Shown: positions 18,773 through 31,600, counted from the stretch's first letter. The stretch: DNA of 64,000 nt from Loktanella sp. (GCA_017390475.1 JAFPBO010000055.1:4133-68132); one strand, 5' to 3'. Notes: generated from the letters alone by a model not told the origin. Numbers and translations are program-made.

Positions 18773-20065
18773 TTGGACCCGTTTTCCGCTGCCTTGGGCA
18801 TGATCTGCCTGTTGGCCCTTTTCGGGCTTCCCATCGGTCTGTCGATGATTTCTGGATCGGTCCTGTATCTCTATATGCGCGGACAGGACATGGGGCTGGT
18901 CGCTGAACGGCTGCTCAATAGCATGTTCTCTGGCTATGTCATACTCGCAGTGCCGCTTTTCATTCTGGCGGCAGAGCTGATGAATACCGGTTCAATGACC
19001 GACCGTTTGCTGCGGTTCTGCAATGCGATTGTCGGGCGGTTCCGGGGTGGGCTGGCACATGTGAACATCGTGCAATCCCTGATCTTTTCTGGCATGTCGG
19101 GGTCGGCCTTTGCCGATGCAGCAGGCACAGGTCGGATCATCGCCAATATGATGACCCGCGATGGGCGCTATACGAAAAGCTTTGCCGCGGCCCTCACGGC
19201 AAGCGCTGCCGTGATCGGACCGATTGTGCCACCTTCGATCCCGATGGTGCTTTATGCACTCGTGTCAAATACGTCGATTGGCTATCTCTTTCTGGCGGGC
19301 ATCATCCCCGGTGCCCTGATGGCGATGATGCTTATGGTGCTGGTGATCATCCAGTCGCGCCGTCAGAATTTCCCCGTCGAGGCCCCGACGCCGCTGCGGG
19401 AATTGCCGGGCATCACGATCAGCGCCTTTCCAGCTCTCTTGATGCCGGTCGTCTTGCTGGGCGGTATCTATTCGGGGGCAATGACTCCGACAGAGGCAGC
19501 AGCCGTGGCCGCAGCTTATGCGTTCATCGTGTCGGCCGTGCTTTACCGGTCGATTTCACTGCGCGCGCTTTATGCGTCGTTGACATCGGGTGCCCGATCC
19601 TCTGCTTCGATCGGGATGCTGATCGCGGGCGCTCTGGTGTTCAACTATATCGTCACCGCCGAAAACATCCCGCAGTCTCTGCGGATGTATCTTGCTGGCT
19701 GGGATCTGACTCCGCTGCAGTTTCTTATTCTGGTCAACATCGTTCTGCTCCTTCTGGGGGCGATGCTTGAAGGTACGGCTATCATTCTGATCATTGTGCC
19801 GGTGTTCATTCCGGCGGCAGTCGCACTTGGGATCGACCCGGTGCATTTTGGTGTCGTCGCGGTGGTAAATATCATGATCGGGCTGATCACGCCGCCGTAT
19901 GGTCTGCTGATCTTCATCATGCAAAGCATTACCGGCGCGCGGCTGAAAGATATCTTTTCAGACCTTGTTCCGTTCATTTTTGCGCTTTTGCTCGTGCTGG
20001 CGGCGCTTACCCTTTTCCCTGATCTGGTGCTTTGGCTGCCGCGGCAGTTCGGCTACCAAGGATGA
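18773..20065 (+). CDS. dctM: TRAP transporter large permease (DctM family)
   Basis: 430-aa polytopic protein with DctM-type motifs (FSGMSGSAFADAAGTG, LITPPYGLLIF). TTG start after aaggagg. Confidence 0.9.
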   Translation: MDPFSAALGMICLLALFGLPIGLSMISGSVLYLYMRGQDMGLVAERLLNSMFSGYVILAVPLFILAAELMNTGSMTDRLLRFCNAIVGRFRGGLAHVNIVQSLIFSGMSGSAFADAAGTGRIIANMMTRDGRYTKSFAAALTASAAVIGPIVPPSIPMVLYALVSNTSIGYLFLAGIIPGALMAMMLMVLVIIQSRRQNFPVEAPTPLRELPGITISAFPALLMPVVLLGGIYSGAMTPTEAAAVAAAYAFIVSAVLYRSISLRALYASLTSGARSSASIGMLIAGALVFNYIVTAENIPQSLRMYLAGWDLTPLQFLILVNIVLLLLGAMLEGTAIILIIVPVFIPAAVALGIDPVHFGVVAVVNIMIGLITPPYGLLIFIMQSITGARLKDIFSDLVPFIFALLLVLAALTLFPDLVLWLPRQFGYQG

Positions 20066-20520
20066 CTGACAGAAAGGCAAAACCTTTGTCCAATACCATT
20101 CACGTTCTCAACGGTCCCAATCTCAACCGACTTGGTACGCGCGAGCCAGAGATTTATGGCCATACGACGCTGGCTGAGGTCGAACAGATGTGTCGCGACG
20201 CGGCGGGCGACCGTGATCTGATTTTTCAGCAATCCAACGCGGAATACCAGATCATCGACTGGATTCACGAAGCCATCGACACAAATGCTGCGGCTATCAT
20301 CATCAACCCTGCGGGACTGACCTTTACGTCGGTGCCGATCATGGACGCGCTCAAAATGTTTCCGGGCAAGGTTATCGAATTGCACATTACCAACATCCAC
20401 CGGCGCGAAGCGGTCTATCAAAATTCGCTGATGTCCAAGGTGGCAACAGCCGTGATCGCAGGACTGGGTCCCCAAGGATACCGTAGCGCGGTCGAGGCAG
20501 CCTGCCGCCTGACTGAATAG
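20062..20520 (+). CDS. aroQ: type II 3-dehydroquinate dehydratase
   Basis: VLNGPNLNRLGTREPEIYG...QSNAEYQIIDWIHEA...IIINPAGLTFTSV...IELHITNIHRRE are canonical AroQ motifs. ATGA overlap with dctM. Confidence 0.9.
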   Translation: MTDRKAKPLSNTIHVLNGPNLNRLGTREPEIYGHTTLAEVEQMCRDAAGDRDLIFQQSNAEYQIIDWIHEAIDTNAAAIIINPAGLTFTSVPIMDALKMFPGKVIELHITNIHRREAVYQNSLMSKVATAVIAGLGPQGYRSAVEAACRLTE

Positions 20521-20544
20521 GCGGCAGGCCAGAAAGATAGAGAG

Positions 20545-21390
20545 ATGACAACGACAACCACGATCAAGCTTGGCCTTATCGGTGACAATATCACGCGGTC
20601 CAAATCGCCGCGCCTGCACCGCACTGCCGGGAAACTGACGCAGCATGACGTGACCTATGACAGGCTGATCCCAAAGGACATGGGCCTGACCTTTGATCAA
20701 GTCTTCGAACAGGCCCGCATCAGCGGCTATCGCGGGATCAACGTCACCTACCCCTATAAAGAGATCGTGACCTCCAAGGTCGAAGTTGCCGACCAGCTGG
20801 TCCGCGCGATTGGTGCCGTGAACACCGTCGTTTTCGCCGAAGACGGCCCGCAGGGCTTTAATACTGACTATACTGGTTTCAAGGCCGCTTATCGCGCTGT
20901 TCGCGGCATACAACCTCCTGGCACCGTCTGCCTGATCGGCACCGGCGGCGTCGGCAAGGCGGTGGCCTTTGGGTTGATAGGGTTGCAGGCCAGCGTGATC
21001 CGCTGTGTCGATCTTGACGCCGACAAGGCGCAGGCGCTGACGGATGCGTTGCAGGCCTTGGGTTCTGATACGCGGGTTGAAACGCATAGCGATGCCATCG
21101 TCGCCGCAAAAGGCGCTGACGGGATCATCAACTGCACCCCTTTAGGGATGGTCGGCATCGGCGGCACGCCCTTGCCGCCCGCGGCGATGCACGGTGCTCA
21201 ATGGGTGTTCGACGCGGTCTATACCCCCGTTGATACACAGTTTCTCCAAGATGCTGGACAGGCGGGGCTGACGGTCATTTCTGGATATGAACTATTCTTC
21301 GGGCAGGGTGTCGACGCCTGGGAGATCTTCACGAAAATCCCGCTGGATCATGCCGCGCTTCGGGCTGCTATACAGGGGAACGCACTATGA
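20545..21390 (+). CDS. aroE: shikimate/quinate dehydrogenase
   Basis: LIGDNITRSKSP, GINVTYPYKE, GAVNTV and the Rossmann motif LIGTGGVGKAVAF. The catabolic context suggests quinate/shikimate oxidation. Confidence 0.85.
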   Translation: MTTTTTIKLGLIGDNITRSKSPRLHRTAGKLTQHDVTYDRLIPKDMGLTFDQVFEQARISGYRGINVTYPYKEIVTSKVEVADQLVRAIGAVNTVVFAEDGPQGFNTDYTGFKAAYRAVRGIQPPGTVCLIGTGGVGKAVAFGLIGLQASVIRCVDLDADKAQALTDALQALGSDTRVETHSDAIVAAKGADGIINCTPLGMVGIGGTPLPPAAMHGAQWVFDAVYTPVDTQFLQDAGQAGLTVISGYELFFGQGVDAWEIFTKIPLDHAALRAAIQGNAL

Positions 21391-23269
21391 AAACATCCAT
21401 CGCCACGGTGTCGATATCCGGCAATCTGGTCGAAAAGCTGGAGGCAATTGCCGCCGCTGGTTTCGACGGTATAGAGATTTTCGAACAGGATTTCATCGCC
21501 CATGACGGCAACCCGCGCGAGGTGGGTGACCTGATCCGGTCGATGGGCCTCGACATCACTCTGTTCCAGCCGTTCCGCGATTTCGAAGGTTTGCCAGATC
21601 CTTTGCGCGCCAAGGCTTTTGACCGCGCTGAGCGCAAGTTTGACCTGATGCAGGAGCTCGGTACCGATCTGGTTCTGATCTGTTCATCCTGCCATCCGGA
21701 GGCTTTGGGCGGTATCGACCGCGCGGCAGAGGATTTCCAAGTGCTTGGCGAACGGGCCGCCAAGCGTGGCCTGCGCGTAGGGTTCGAAGCGTTGGCTTGG
21801 GGGCGGCACGTCAATGATCATCGCGATGCCTGGGAAATTGTGCGCCGCGCCGATCATGCGAATGTCGGGCTGGTCCTTGACAGCTTTCACACGCTGGCGC
21901 GCAAGATAGATCCCGAAACGATCCGTCGCATTCCGGGTGATAAGATATTCTTTGTTCAACTTGCCGATGCGCCGCAGATTACGATGGACCTGCTTTATTG
22001 GTCCCGCCATTTCCGCAACATGCCAGGCGAAGGCGATCTGCCCGTCACCGATTTCATGCGGGCAGTGATGGCGACGGGATATAGCGGGCCAATCTCGCTG
22101 GAGATTTTTAACGACCAGTTTCGCGGCGGCCCGGCCAAGGCGATTGCCAAAGATGGTTACCGGTCCTTGGTCGCGCTCATGGATGATGTGTATCGCGCTG
22201 AACCTGCCACCGTCACTGATCCTACACCTATGCCGCAGCGAGCGCGGATCACCGGCACGTCATTCGTGGAATTCGCCACGCGTGGAGATGATGCAGATAC
22301 GCTTGAATCCATGTTAACCACGCTAGGGTTCCAGGAGTCCGGCACGCATATTGCCAAAAAACTGGCTGTCTGGACGCAAGGCGATATCCGCATCGTCGTG
22401 AACCATGAAGAGGTCGGCTACGCCGCCAGCGCCTATCATATGCACGGCACAACGGTCTGTGATATCGGTATCTCGGTGGATGCCGCACAGGCGGCGGTGT
22501 TGCGCGCGCAGCATCTGGGCGCGGAACCCTTCCGGCAACCGACTGGGCCAGGTGAGTTGGACATTCCGGCCATCCGTGGCCTCAGTGGCAGCGTGCTGCA
22601 TTTCATCGACGATACCAGCGGATTGAGCGATGTCTGGCAAGTCGAATTCACACAAAACCCGACCATGGGCCCCGATGCGGGCCTAAAACGCATCGACCAT
22701 CTGGCCCAAACGATGAGCTACGACGAAATGCTCAGCTGGTCGCTGTTTTATACTACCCTGTTCCAGATGCGGAAATCGCCCATGGTCGATGTCGTCGATC
22801 CTGACGGGCTGGTGCGCAGTCAGGCGCTCGAAGCACCAGACGGCACCTTCCGCATCACGTTGAACGGTGCCGAAACACATCGCACGATGGCCGGGCATTT
22901 TCTGGCCGATAGTTTTGGCGCATCGGTCCAGCATATCGCCTTGGCGAGTGACGATATCTTTGCCACATCAACGGCACTGCTGGCGCGGGGGTTTGAGCCT
23001 TTGCCGATGTCCGACAATTACTACGCAGATCTTGTGGCGCGGTTTGATTTGGATGCCGCTCTTCTGGACCGGCTGAAGGCTGGCAATATTCTGTATGACG
23101 AAGACTCAAACGGCGCGTTCTTCCAGTTCTATTCGCGTCCCTATGCGGGCGGTATGTTCTTTGAGATTGTGGAACGGCGCGGTGGCTACACGGGCTATGG
23201 CGCGCCGAATGCGCCTTTCAGGATTGCTGCACAGAAGCGGCTGATGCGCCAGAAAGGGATGCCGAAACA

Positions 23270-23273
<4 letters not shown>
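21387..23273 (+). CDS. quiC: 3-dehydroshikimate dehydratase (TIM-barrel domain fused to an HPPD-like domain)
   Basis: 628 aa. The N-terminal xylose-isomerase-like TIM barrel and C-terminal VOC/4-hydroxyphenylpyruvate-dioxygenase-like half form the known QuiC/QsuB architecture. Located between aroE and the pca genes. Confidence 0.85.
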
Positions 23274-24372
<1,099 letters not shown>

Positions 24373-24373
24373 C

Positions 24374-24973
24374 ATGGTCCAGTCATTGCATTATCTCAAG
24401 GAATCCGCGTCCCAAACAGCAGGCCCCTATGTGCATATCGGCCTTGCCCCCGGTGCGGCAGGGTTCGACATTTACCGTCAGGAACTCGGACGTGATATCG
24501 CCGGACCGAACGCCCAAGGCGAGCGGATCACCGTGACTGGCCAAGTGACAGATGGTGTCGGCGCGTTGGTTAAGGACGTGTTGATCGAGGTCTGGCAGGC
24601 CAATGCCGCAGGTATCTATCCTGGCAAGGGCACGGTGGAGAATGGTTTTCGCGGCTGGGGTCGTGTAATTTCCGATTTTGATACGGGGGTATTTTCCTTC
24701 GAAACCGTCAAACCCGGCGCTGTTGCGGGACGTGATGGGCGGATGATGGCCCCGCATCTGAACCTGTGGCTCGTGGCGCGCGGGATCAATGTGGGTCTGA
24801 ACACGCGGATGTACTTTGGTGACGAAGCAGCAGCAAATACAACAGACCCAGTACTGAACTTGATCGAAAATGCGCATCGTCGCGAAACCTTGGTCGCGCG
24901 TGCAGATGGCGACGTCTACCATTTCGACATCTGCCTTCAAGGCGATGACGAAACTGTCTTTTTCGATATTTGA
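24374..24973 (+). CDS. pcaG: protocatechuate 3,4-dioxygenase alpha subunit
   Basis: The start was moved to ATG 24374 (MVQSLHYLKESASQTAGPYVHIGL). IEVWQANAAGIY and MAPHLNLWLVARGI are typical of PcaG. Confidence 0.9.
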   Translation: MVQSLHYLKESASQTAGPYVHIGLAPGAAGFDIYRQELGRDIAGPNAQGERITVTGQVTDGVGALVKDVLIEVWQANAAGIYPGKGTVENGFRGWGRVISDFDTGVFSFETVKPGAVAGRDGRMMAPHLNLWLVARGINVGLNTRMYFGDEAAANTTDPVLNLIENAHRRETLVARADGDVYHFDICLQGDDETVFFDI

Positions 24974-24977
24974 GGTG

Positions 24978-25817
24978 ATGATGACCAACCCTTGTATCAT
25001 CTGTGTGGCGATCACAGGGTCTTTGCCGACCAAAGACAACAACCCCGCCGTGCCGATCACAATTGCTGAACAGATCGAAAGCACCCAAGCTGCGTTCGAG
25101 GCGGGTGCCAGCATCGCCCATTGCCATGTGCGTGACGATGACGGCAAACCCACATCCGACCCCGACCGGTTTGCGCGGTTGAAAGAAGGGCTGGAAAAGC
25201 ACTGCCCGGGCATGATTATCCAACTTTCAACCGGAGGGCGTTCAGGGGCAGGGAAGGCGCGCGGCGGGATGCTGCCGCTGGCACCTGATATGGCGTCGTT
25301 GTCCGTGGGGTCGAACAACTTTCCCACCCGCGTCTATGAAAACCCGCCCGATCTGGTGGACTGGCTGGCGGGTGAAATGCGCACTTATGCCGTCAAACCC
25401 GAGATCGAGGCTTTCGACCTTAGCCATATCGTCCAAGCCACCCGGATGGCGGGGGAGGGGCAGTTGCTTGGTCCTCTTTATGTGCAATTCGTAATGGGGG
25501 TGAAGAATGCAATGCCGGCCGATGAGGTGATCTTCGATTTCTATATTGAAACGCTGAAACGGTTGGCCCCTGATGCGCAATGGTGTGCCGCTGGGATCGG
25601 GGCCGCGCAACTGACGATCAATGAATGGTCCATCGCAAAGGGCGGGCATACCCGTACCGGGCTGGAAGATAATGTCAGGCTGGACCGTGACAGGCTTGCA
25701 CCATCGAATGCGGCGCTGGTGCAGCGGGCGGTCGATCTGTGCGAAAAATACAAACGGCCCGTCGCGACATGGCAACAAGCGCGCGAGATTCTGGGGTTGC
25801 GCAAGGTGGCGGCCTGA
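24978..25817 (+). CDS. BKACE (3-keto-5-aminohexanoate cleavage enzyme, DUF849) family protein
   Basis: CVAITGSLPTKDNNPAVPITIAEQIESTQAAFEAGASIAHCHVRDDDGKPTSD is the family N-terminal signature. The gene is embedded between pcaG and pcaD. Confidence 0.8.
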   Translation: MMTNPCIICVAITGSLPTKDNNPAVPITIAEQIESTQAAFEAGASIAHCHVRDDDGKPTSDPDRFARLKEGLEKHCPGMIIQLSTGGRSGAGKARGGMLPLAPDMASLSVGSNNFPTRVYENPPDLVDWLAGEMRTYAVKPEIEAFDLSHIVQATRMAGEGQLLGPLYVQFVMGVKNAMPADEVIFDFYIETLKRLAPDAQWCAAGIGAAQLTINEWSIAKGGHTRTGLEDNVRLDRDRLAPSNAALVQRAVDLCEKYKRPVATWQQAREILGLRKVAA

Positions 25818-26596
25818 TGAGTTTTGCCATCATCAATGGGGCTGCGCTGCATTTCCGGTTCGCGCCGGGGGGCGGGATACCTGTCGTCCTGCTCAATTCG
25901 CTTGGGACGGATATGCGTATCTGGGACGGCGTGATTGCCGGCTTGCCCGCTGGCATGCCCGTGCTGAGCATCGACAAGCGCGGCCACGGGCTAAGCGATG
26001 ATGGCCCTGCCAGCATGGACCAGCTGGTCAGCGATGTCGCCGTGCTTATGGATCACCTGGGGCTGAAAGGCGCCTTGATCTGCGGCGTATCGGTCGGCGG
26101 GATGATCGCGCAGGGGCTGGCGATCGCCCGCCCTGATCTGGTGTCGCGGCTAGTGCTGTGCTGCACGGGTGCCCGGATTGGTGACGCCCTTAGTTGGAAT
26201 ACCCGCATCGAAAATGTACAAAGGACAGGCATCGTGCCGATGGCCGATGCCGTCCTTGACCGATGGTTTTCACCAAGTTTCCGCAAATCGCAAGCCGCTG
26301 ATCTTGCGGGTTATCGCAACATGCTGGTGCGTACCTCGCCGCAGGGCTACGGTGCTGTTTGTGCTGCGATCCGCGATACTGACCTGCGTGGGCAGATCGC
26401 TGGGCTGGATCAGCCGGCGCATTGCATCGCAGGCGCAGATGACCTTGCCACACCGCCTGATGTCGTCCGCGCTTTGGCAGGGCTGATCCCCAATGCGCAA
26501 TTTTCTATCATCGACAATTGCGGACATCTGCCCTGTATCGAGGCACCTGATATCGTGGCCAACGCGATCCTTGAGATGCTTGAGAGGGAGGCATGA
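25817..26596 (+). CDS. pcaD: 3-oxoadipate enol-lactonase (alpha/beta hydrolase)
   Basis: The start was moved to ATG 25817 (MSFAIINGAALHF), which overlaps the upstream stop. Nucleophile elbow CGVSVGGMIA. Pca context. Confidence 0.85.
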   Translation: MSFAIINGAALHFRFAPGGGIPVVLLNSLGTDMRIWDGVIAGLPAGMPVLSIDKRGHGLSDDGPASMDQLVSDVAVLMDHLGLKGALICGVSVGGMIAQGLAIARPDLVSRLVLCCTGARIGDALSWNTRIENVQRTGIVPMADAVLDRWFSPSFRKSQAADLAGYRNMLVRTSPQGYGAVCAAIRDTDLRGQIAGLDQPAHCIAGADDLATPPDVVRALAGLIPNAQFSIIDNCGHLPCIEAPDIVANAILEMLEREA

Positions 26597-27657
26597 CCGG
26601 CGATGTTTTTTCCCATCCATGGCTTGGTGGGCTATTTGGTGACGCTCATGCCGCCGCGATCTGGTCGCCCGACCGGCAGCTTGCGCATATGCTGCGGGTC
26701 GAAGCGGCATATACACACGCCCTCGGCGCTGTCGGATCACTACCATCTGAAAAGGCAGCACGCGTTTCAACCATGATCATGGCATTCGCGCCTGATATTG
26801 CGGCCATTAACGTGGGTACTGCCCGAGACGGGGTGCCTGTGCCCGACCTTGTGCGCCAGATCAAAGCCGCCGCCGGTGCCGATGCCGATGCGGTTCACAA
26901 AGGCATGACGTCGCAGGACGTCATCGATACGGCACTTGCCTTGACCCTGCAAGATTTCAACAATCTCATCAATGTGCGGCTGGCCGACCTGTCAGCAGGA
27001 TTAAAAACACTCACTCAGAAATTCGGCGCGGTGCAAATAATGGGGCGGACAAGAATGCAGGCCGCTTTACCGATCCTCTTTGCACAACGCGCCACAAGTT
27101 GGTCCGCCCCGATTATCACCCATCAGGCTCGCTTGGCGGCCCTGCGCCCCAAGGTCGAAGCCGTGCAATTGGGCGGCCCAGTTGGGGATCGGGCCGCAAT
27201 CGGCCCACAAGCGAACGCTATTGCAGCAGAAATGGCGGCGGCACTTGGCCTGACGGACACGCCGACTGCATGGCACAGTCAGCGTGAGGCGATCGTCGAT
27301 TATACCAATCTACTATCATTGATCACCGGCACCTTGGGTAAGATGGGTCAGGATATTGCCTTGATGACTCAACAGGGGGTCGACGAGGCGCAGATATCAG
27401 GTGGCGGTGGATCGTCAGCGATGCCGCATAAGCAAAACCCGGTGCTGGCAGAATTGTTGGTCACGCTGGCACGGTTTAACGCGACCCAAATCAGCGGGAT
27501 GCACCACGCGCTGGTTCATGAACAGGAACGGTCGGGTGCCGCATGGGGCCTAGAATGGATGATCCTGCCACAAATGGCGATGTCTACAGCGAGGAGCATC
27601 ATCGTCGCGCATGATCTCTGTCTCAGTCTGGCACTGGTCACAAGCAATGAAATATAA
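26593..27657 (+). CDS. pcaB: 3-carboxy-cis,cis-muconate cycloisomerase
   Basis: Fumarate-lyase superfamily signature GGGSSAMPHKQNPV. 4-nt overlap with pcaD. Confidence 0.85.
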   Translation: MTGDVFSHPWLGGLFGDAHAAAIWSPDRQLAHMLRVEAAYTHALGAVGSLPSEKAARVSTMIMAFAPDIAAINVGTARDGVPVPDLVRQIKAAAGADADAVHKGMTSQDVIDTALALTLQDFNNLINVRLADLSAGLKTLTQKFGAVQIMGRTRMQAALPILFAQRATSWSAPIITHQARLAALRPKVEAVQLGGPVGDRAAIGPQANAIAAEMAAALGLTDTPTAWHSQREAIVDYTNLLSLITGTLGKMGQDIALMTQQGVDEAQISGGGGSSAMPHKQNPVLAELLVTLARFNATQISGMHHALVHEQERSGAAWGLEWMILPQMAMSTARSIIVAHDLCLSLALVTSNEI

Positions 27658-27790
27658 GGTTTGAATATAGCAAAAATCCGAGGGGCAGGGCAATTAAGAG
27701 AGCTGGGACATAAACCAGCCGTATCTATGGCTTTGTCGATGTCGTCGGGAGGGGGCATCCACTCCATCAACCAAGCCATTTGATTACCGA

Positions 27791-28567
27791 TTAGACCAGC
27801 ACGACGGTTACGCCTGCCTCAGTAAGCAGCCGGGAGAGCTCAGTAGCAGGTGGGGAGTCGGTTACCAGTAAATCAACATCTCGGATCGACCCGAGGCGGA
27901 CCAGCGCCCTGCGCAGGAATTTGGTTTGATCCACAGCAAGGATCGTCTTTTCTGCCTGCCGCATCGCGGCGTGAACGGCTTGGACTTCGCCATGATCATC
28001 GTCGCACATGTCGCCATCTGCGTCGATGCTACTGACTGATATGATCGCAATGTCGAACTTGAACCGACCAATGAAATCGACTGTGTCATGCCGGAATACC
28101 CCGGCGTCCACATTGCGCACAAAGCCGCCGGGCACGGCTACGGAAAATCCCTCGACCTCACAAAGCGTGGTCGCAGCACGCAGCCCATACGTCACTGTCC
28201 GCAGATTGCGGCGCATTGTAAGCGCGCGGGCAACCGCTTCGCATGTTGTGCCAGTATCTAGAAATATCGAAGAGCCATCAACCACCAAATCGGCTATTTT
28301 CGCTGCGATCCGATCCTTTGCGGCAGCGTTCTCAACCCGCCGGTTGCGTAGCGTCGGCGGGTCAATGGCGCCATTGGCCAACATTGCCCCGCCATGAAGG
28401 CGGCGGACAATTCCGGCATTTTCCAGTTCCATCAAATCGCGGCGGGCGGTCTGTGTTGTGACAGAAAAGCGGCTTGCAATGTCGTCAAGCGAGATGAAGC
28501 GATGGGCCTGCAGATGGGCAACCAGCTTTGACTGGCGGCGGCTTTTCTTGTCTGTGTCTTGCATCAA
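27791..28567 (-). CDS. DeoR-family transcriptional regulator
   Basis: N-terminal HTH ISLDDIASRFSVTTQTARRDLMELENAGIVRRLHGGA plus a DeoR C-terminal sensor domain. Confidence 0.85.
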   Translation of the reverse strand: MMQDTDKKSRRQSKLVAHLQAHRFISLDDIASRFSVTTQTARRDLMELENAGIVRRLHGGAMLANGAIDPPTLRNRRVENAAAKDRIAAKIADLVVDGSSIFLDTGTTCEAVARALTMRRNLRTVTYGLRAATTLCEVEGFSVAVPGGFVRNVDAGVFRHDTVDFIGRFKFDIAIISVSSIDADGDMCDDDHGEVQAVHAAMRQAEKTILAVDQTKFLRRALVRLGSIRDVDLLVTDSPPATELSRLLTEAGVTVVLV

Positions 28568-28652
28568 ATCACCGGGGCATCATTCGTTTAACCAAAATTT
28601 TGCCCCTTATAGCTGGAAAGGGGGCAACAAGCGCCCCCTTTCGCGATGTTTT

Positions 28653-31600
28653 CTAGAAACGGATGTGGAGGTCCGCAGTCACACCATGGTCAGCAGTGTC
28701 GTCGCTGAACTGGCCCGCATAGCCCACGACGAATTGCGCACCCGGTGCCAGATCAAACCCGACAGAGGCCCGCAGGACGGCGGAATCTTCGGCGATAGGC
28801 GCCCCCAACACATCAAAGCCAGCCCCACCGTCTGCGAAACCCATCGCGATACCTGGGTCAACATCGCCAAAGGCGTGACGCCAGCCCAGTTCACCTCGCA
28901 GGGTTGCGTCTGTTTGACCCATGGCAAACATCTGCTCTGTACGCAGACCCAGCGTCGTAAAGGTCGTGTCGACATTGCCACCACCAGAGGTCAATGCAGC
29001 GGCACCCCCCGCTTCAGTGAATGCATCGGTTGACTGACGCACATGGGAGAGCGCGCCGAAGGGTTCCAGCACGCCATGCGCCGTGTCGAAGCGATAGCGC
29101 GCTTCACCAAAAACCTGCGTCGTGTCGGCGTCATATGTGGCGGTCAACGTCTCGGTCGTGGTGCCAAAGGTCGCACGGCGCAGGCTGTCCACCTCGTTGC
29201 GGCTGTGGCTCAACCCGACGCCCAGCCCCAGAGGACCGGATGTGGTGCCTGCGTAGATACCGGCATGAAGGCTATCAGCGTCTAGACGGTCGCCACCATC
29301 ACGCCGTACATCGCCACTTCCCAATCCGACGAAACCACCCAGATGCCAGTTACTGTCAAGCGTCGTGTCAAAGCCGATCAGCGTGCCGTTGCTGCTACGT
29401 TCGATATCTGTGACACCGTCACCACTGCCGTCGCCCCAATTGCCGAAAGTCTGGAACCAGATCTGTCCTGTGCCCATTGCAGTCGCTGTCGGCCCCTGCG
29501 CTACATCAATCTGGCCTCCCGTCATTGCACGGCTTCGGTCAGCCACGACGCTGCCTATTGCCAGCGCATTTTCGGCAAAGGCACCGGCAGCTGAGGCATG
29601 CATTTCGCCCGAGAGTCCGTCAAAGGCGACATCGGCGGTATCAGCATCAGCCATGACGATAGCGTCATAGACCGCATTACCCATCCCCAGGCTTTCCGCA
29701 GCACCTGCCACGGCGCGGCGGTTCCGGGTGCTGGCCACGCTGTCAAAGGCAGTGTCATTGCGGTCCAGCGTCATTGTTACGTCGTTCGCGCCATAGGCCA
29801 GCTCTGCGTCAAGAAAGGCCAGAGTAGAAGTGACAGTGCCAAAGGTACCGCTGATCCCATTGCCCGCAGTCAGGATCGTGTAGCTGGTGCTGGGCCTGTA
29901 TGCTCCCGTCGCTGCAAGCGCAAAAACCGATCCCGTCAGGCTGGCACGTCCGGTCACATCAACGCGGTCAGTATTGCCTGTCGCATCCGTCTCGACCTCA
30001 AGGCGGGCTCCATCAGCAAAGGTCAGATCACCCACAACATTCAATGTGCCAATGGAATTGCCAGCACCCAATGTACCGCCCGATGCAATTGTCAGGTTGC
30101 CGACGGATCCGGTTCCGCCAAGCACTGCACCCTGCTGGACTGTGGTCATGCTGGAGGATGCGATAGATCCATTCACAGCCAGCAAACCATGGGTCACAAT
30201 CGTGGCACCCGTGTAGGTGCTGTCACCCGAAAGGGTCAGCGTTCCTGCCCCGCCAGTGGTTAAGCTGCCGGTTCCGCTAAAGGTGCCCTTTGCATCTACG
30301 CTGGCCGCTGCATTGGTAATGTCGATGAAGCCGCCCACACCTTCCAGTGACACATCGCGGTCCAGCGTCTGCATCGCAGTGCCTGTAATGCGCAGCCCGC
30401 CATCTGCCAGCCGTAGTCGCGCCGACGCATCGCCTAGTGCTGCATTTTCATCAATCATCACAGTGCCGCCATCGGTCACCAGCGTTTCGTTGATAAAGCT
30501 GTGATCGTCGATGCAATATTCGACGATCGCCGCCTGAAAACGCGGATCGCTGCTGGTGCAATCAAGCAGGGTTTTCTTTTCTTCCAGGGTCAGCCCGGTC
30601 AGAATCGGATTGCCGTTCTCGTCTGAAACCTGCCCAAGATATACATCATTGCGCATGTTGTTGCGCGTCAGATAAAACACCTTGTCGTCTTCGGAAAACG
30701 TGCTGGCGCCTTCGCCCCAGACCAGTCGTGTCGCATCCCCGTCGTAGGTTTCCAGTTGCGGGCCAACCCAGCGGAATTCATGCGCGACCAGATCATGGTC
30801 CGACAATGGGCGGCGATTGCCTTCTGGCCCGCCTTCAAGCCCGTCGATCACCCCCAGATAGGGGTCGTTCGGGTCATCCACCAGCGCGAACCATTTACCA
30901 TAAGGGCGCGAAACCATCAGATGGTCGATCCGCGCACGGTGCCAACTGCCCCAGGTATTGGTCGCGTCTTCCAGATTGCTGGGCCATGTGGCGCTCCCGT
31001 TGCCGCGTTCATGCGGCATGAAAGCTTCGCGTACCGCCTCTGTCTGCATCAGCATGAATTGTTTCTTGAGGATGTTCATCGTGACCGGGGTGTTGCCCGC
31101 AATCGGATATAATTCTTCCTCGAACAGGCCAGCCGGGATTGGCGCGTTATCAATGGCCGTATTTCCCGTCCCGCGCCAGCTGGAAATAAACTGGTCAAGC
31201 ACGGCCTTGTCCGTCGCATATTGCGTCAGCAGGTTATAGTAAAAGCTGTTGTTGGTCTTGGTATAGATTCGCAGCAGAAGTTCTTGCTGGCTGACCGAAT
31301 GCAGGCCCCGCTCGGACACATCGCCAGCATTGAAATCGCCCCCCATGATCAATGGCCCACTGATGGAACGCGCCCATGCGTTGAGGCCTTTCGCTTCGTT
31401 CATGCGGGTGTTTGGCTGATCGGAATAGTCGAAATGGACCGAACCTATCATGGTTTCCGGCCGCCCAAGCGCCGCCTCGGAACGAGCATAGGTGATGGCG
31501 CGGCCCTGGGCGCCAGGTGCGGGAAGCGTATGTGTGCCCATCGTCCCAGGCAGACGCGAGATAATCCCTGAACTGCCGTTGCGAGCACCTTGGTATGTGC

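Noticed and set aside
20053-21087. 344-aa minus-strand ORF
   Set aside because: It is antisense to aroQ and aroE, both of which have canonical motifs. Shadow ORF.
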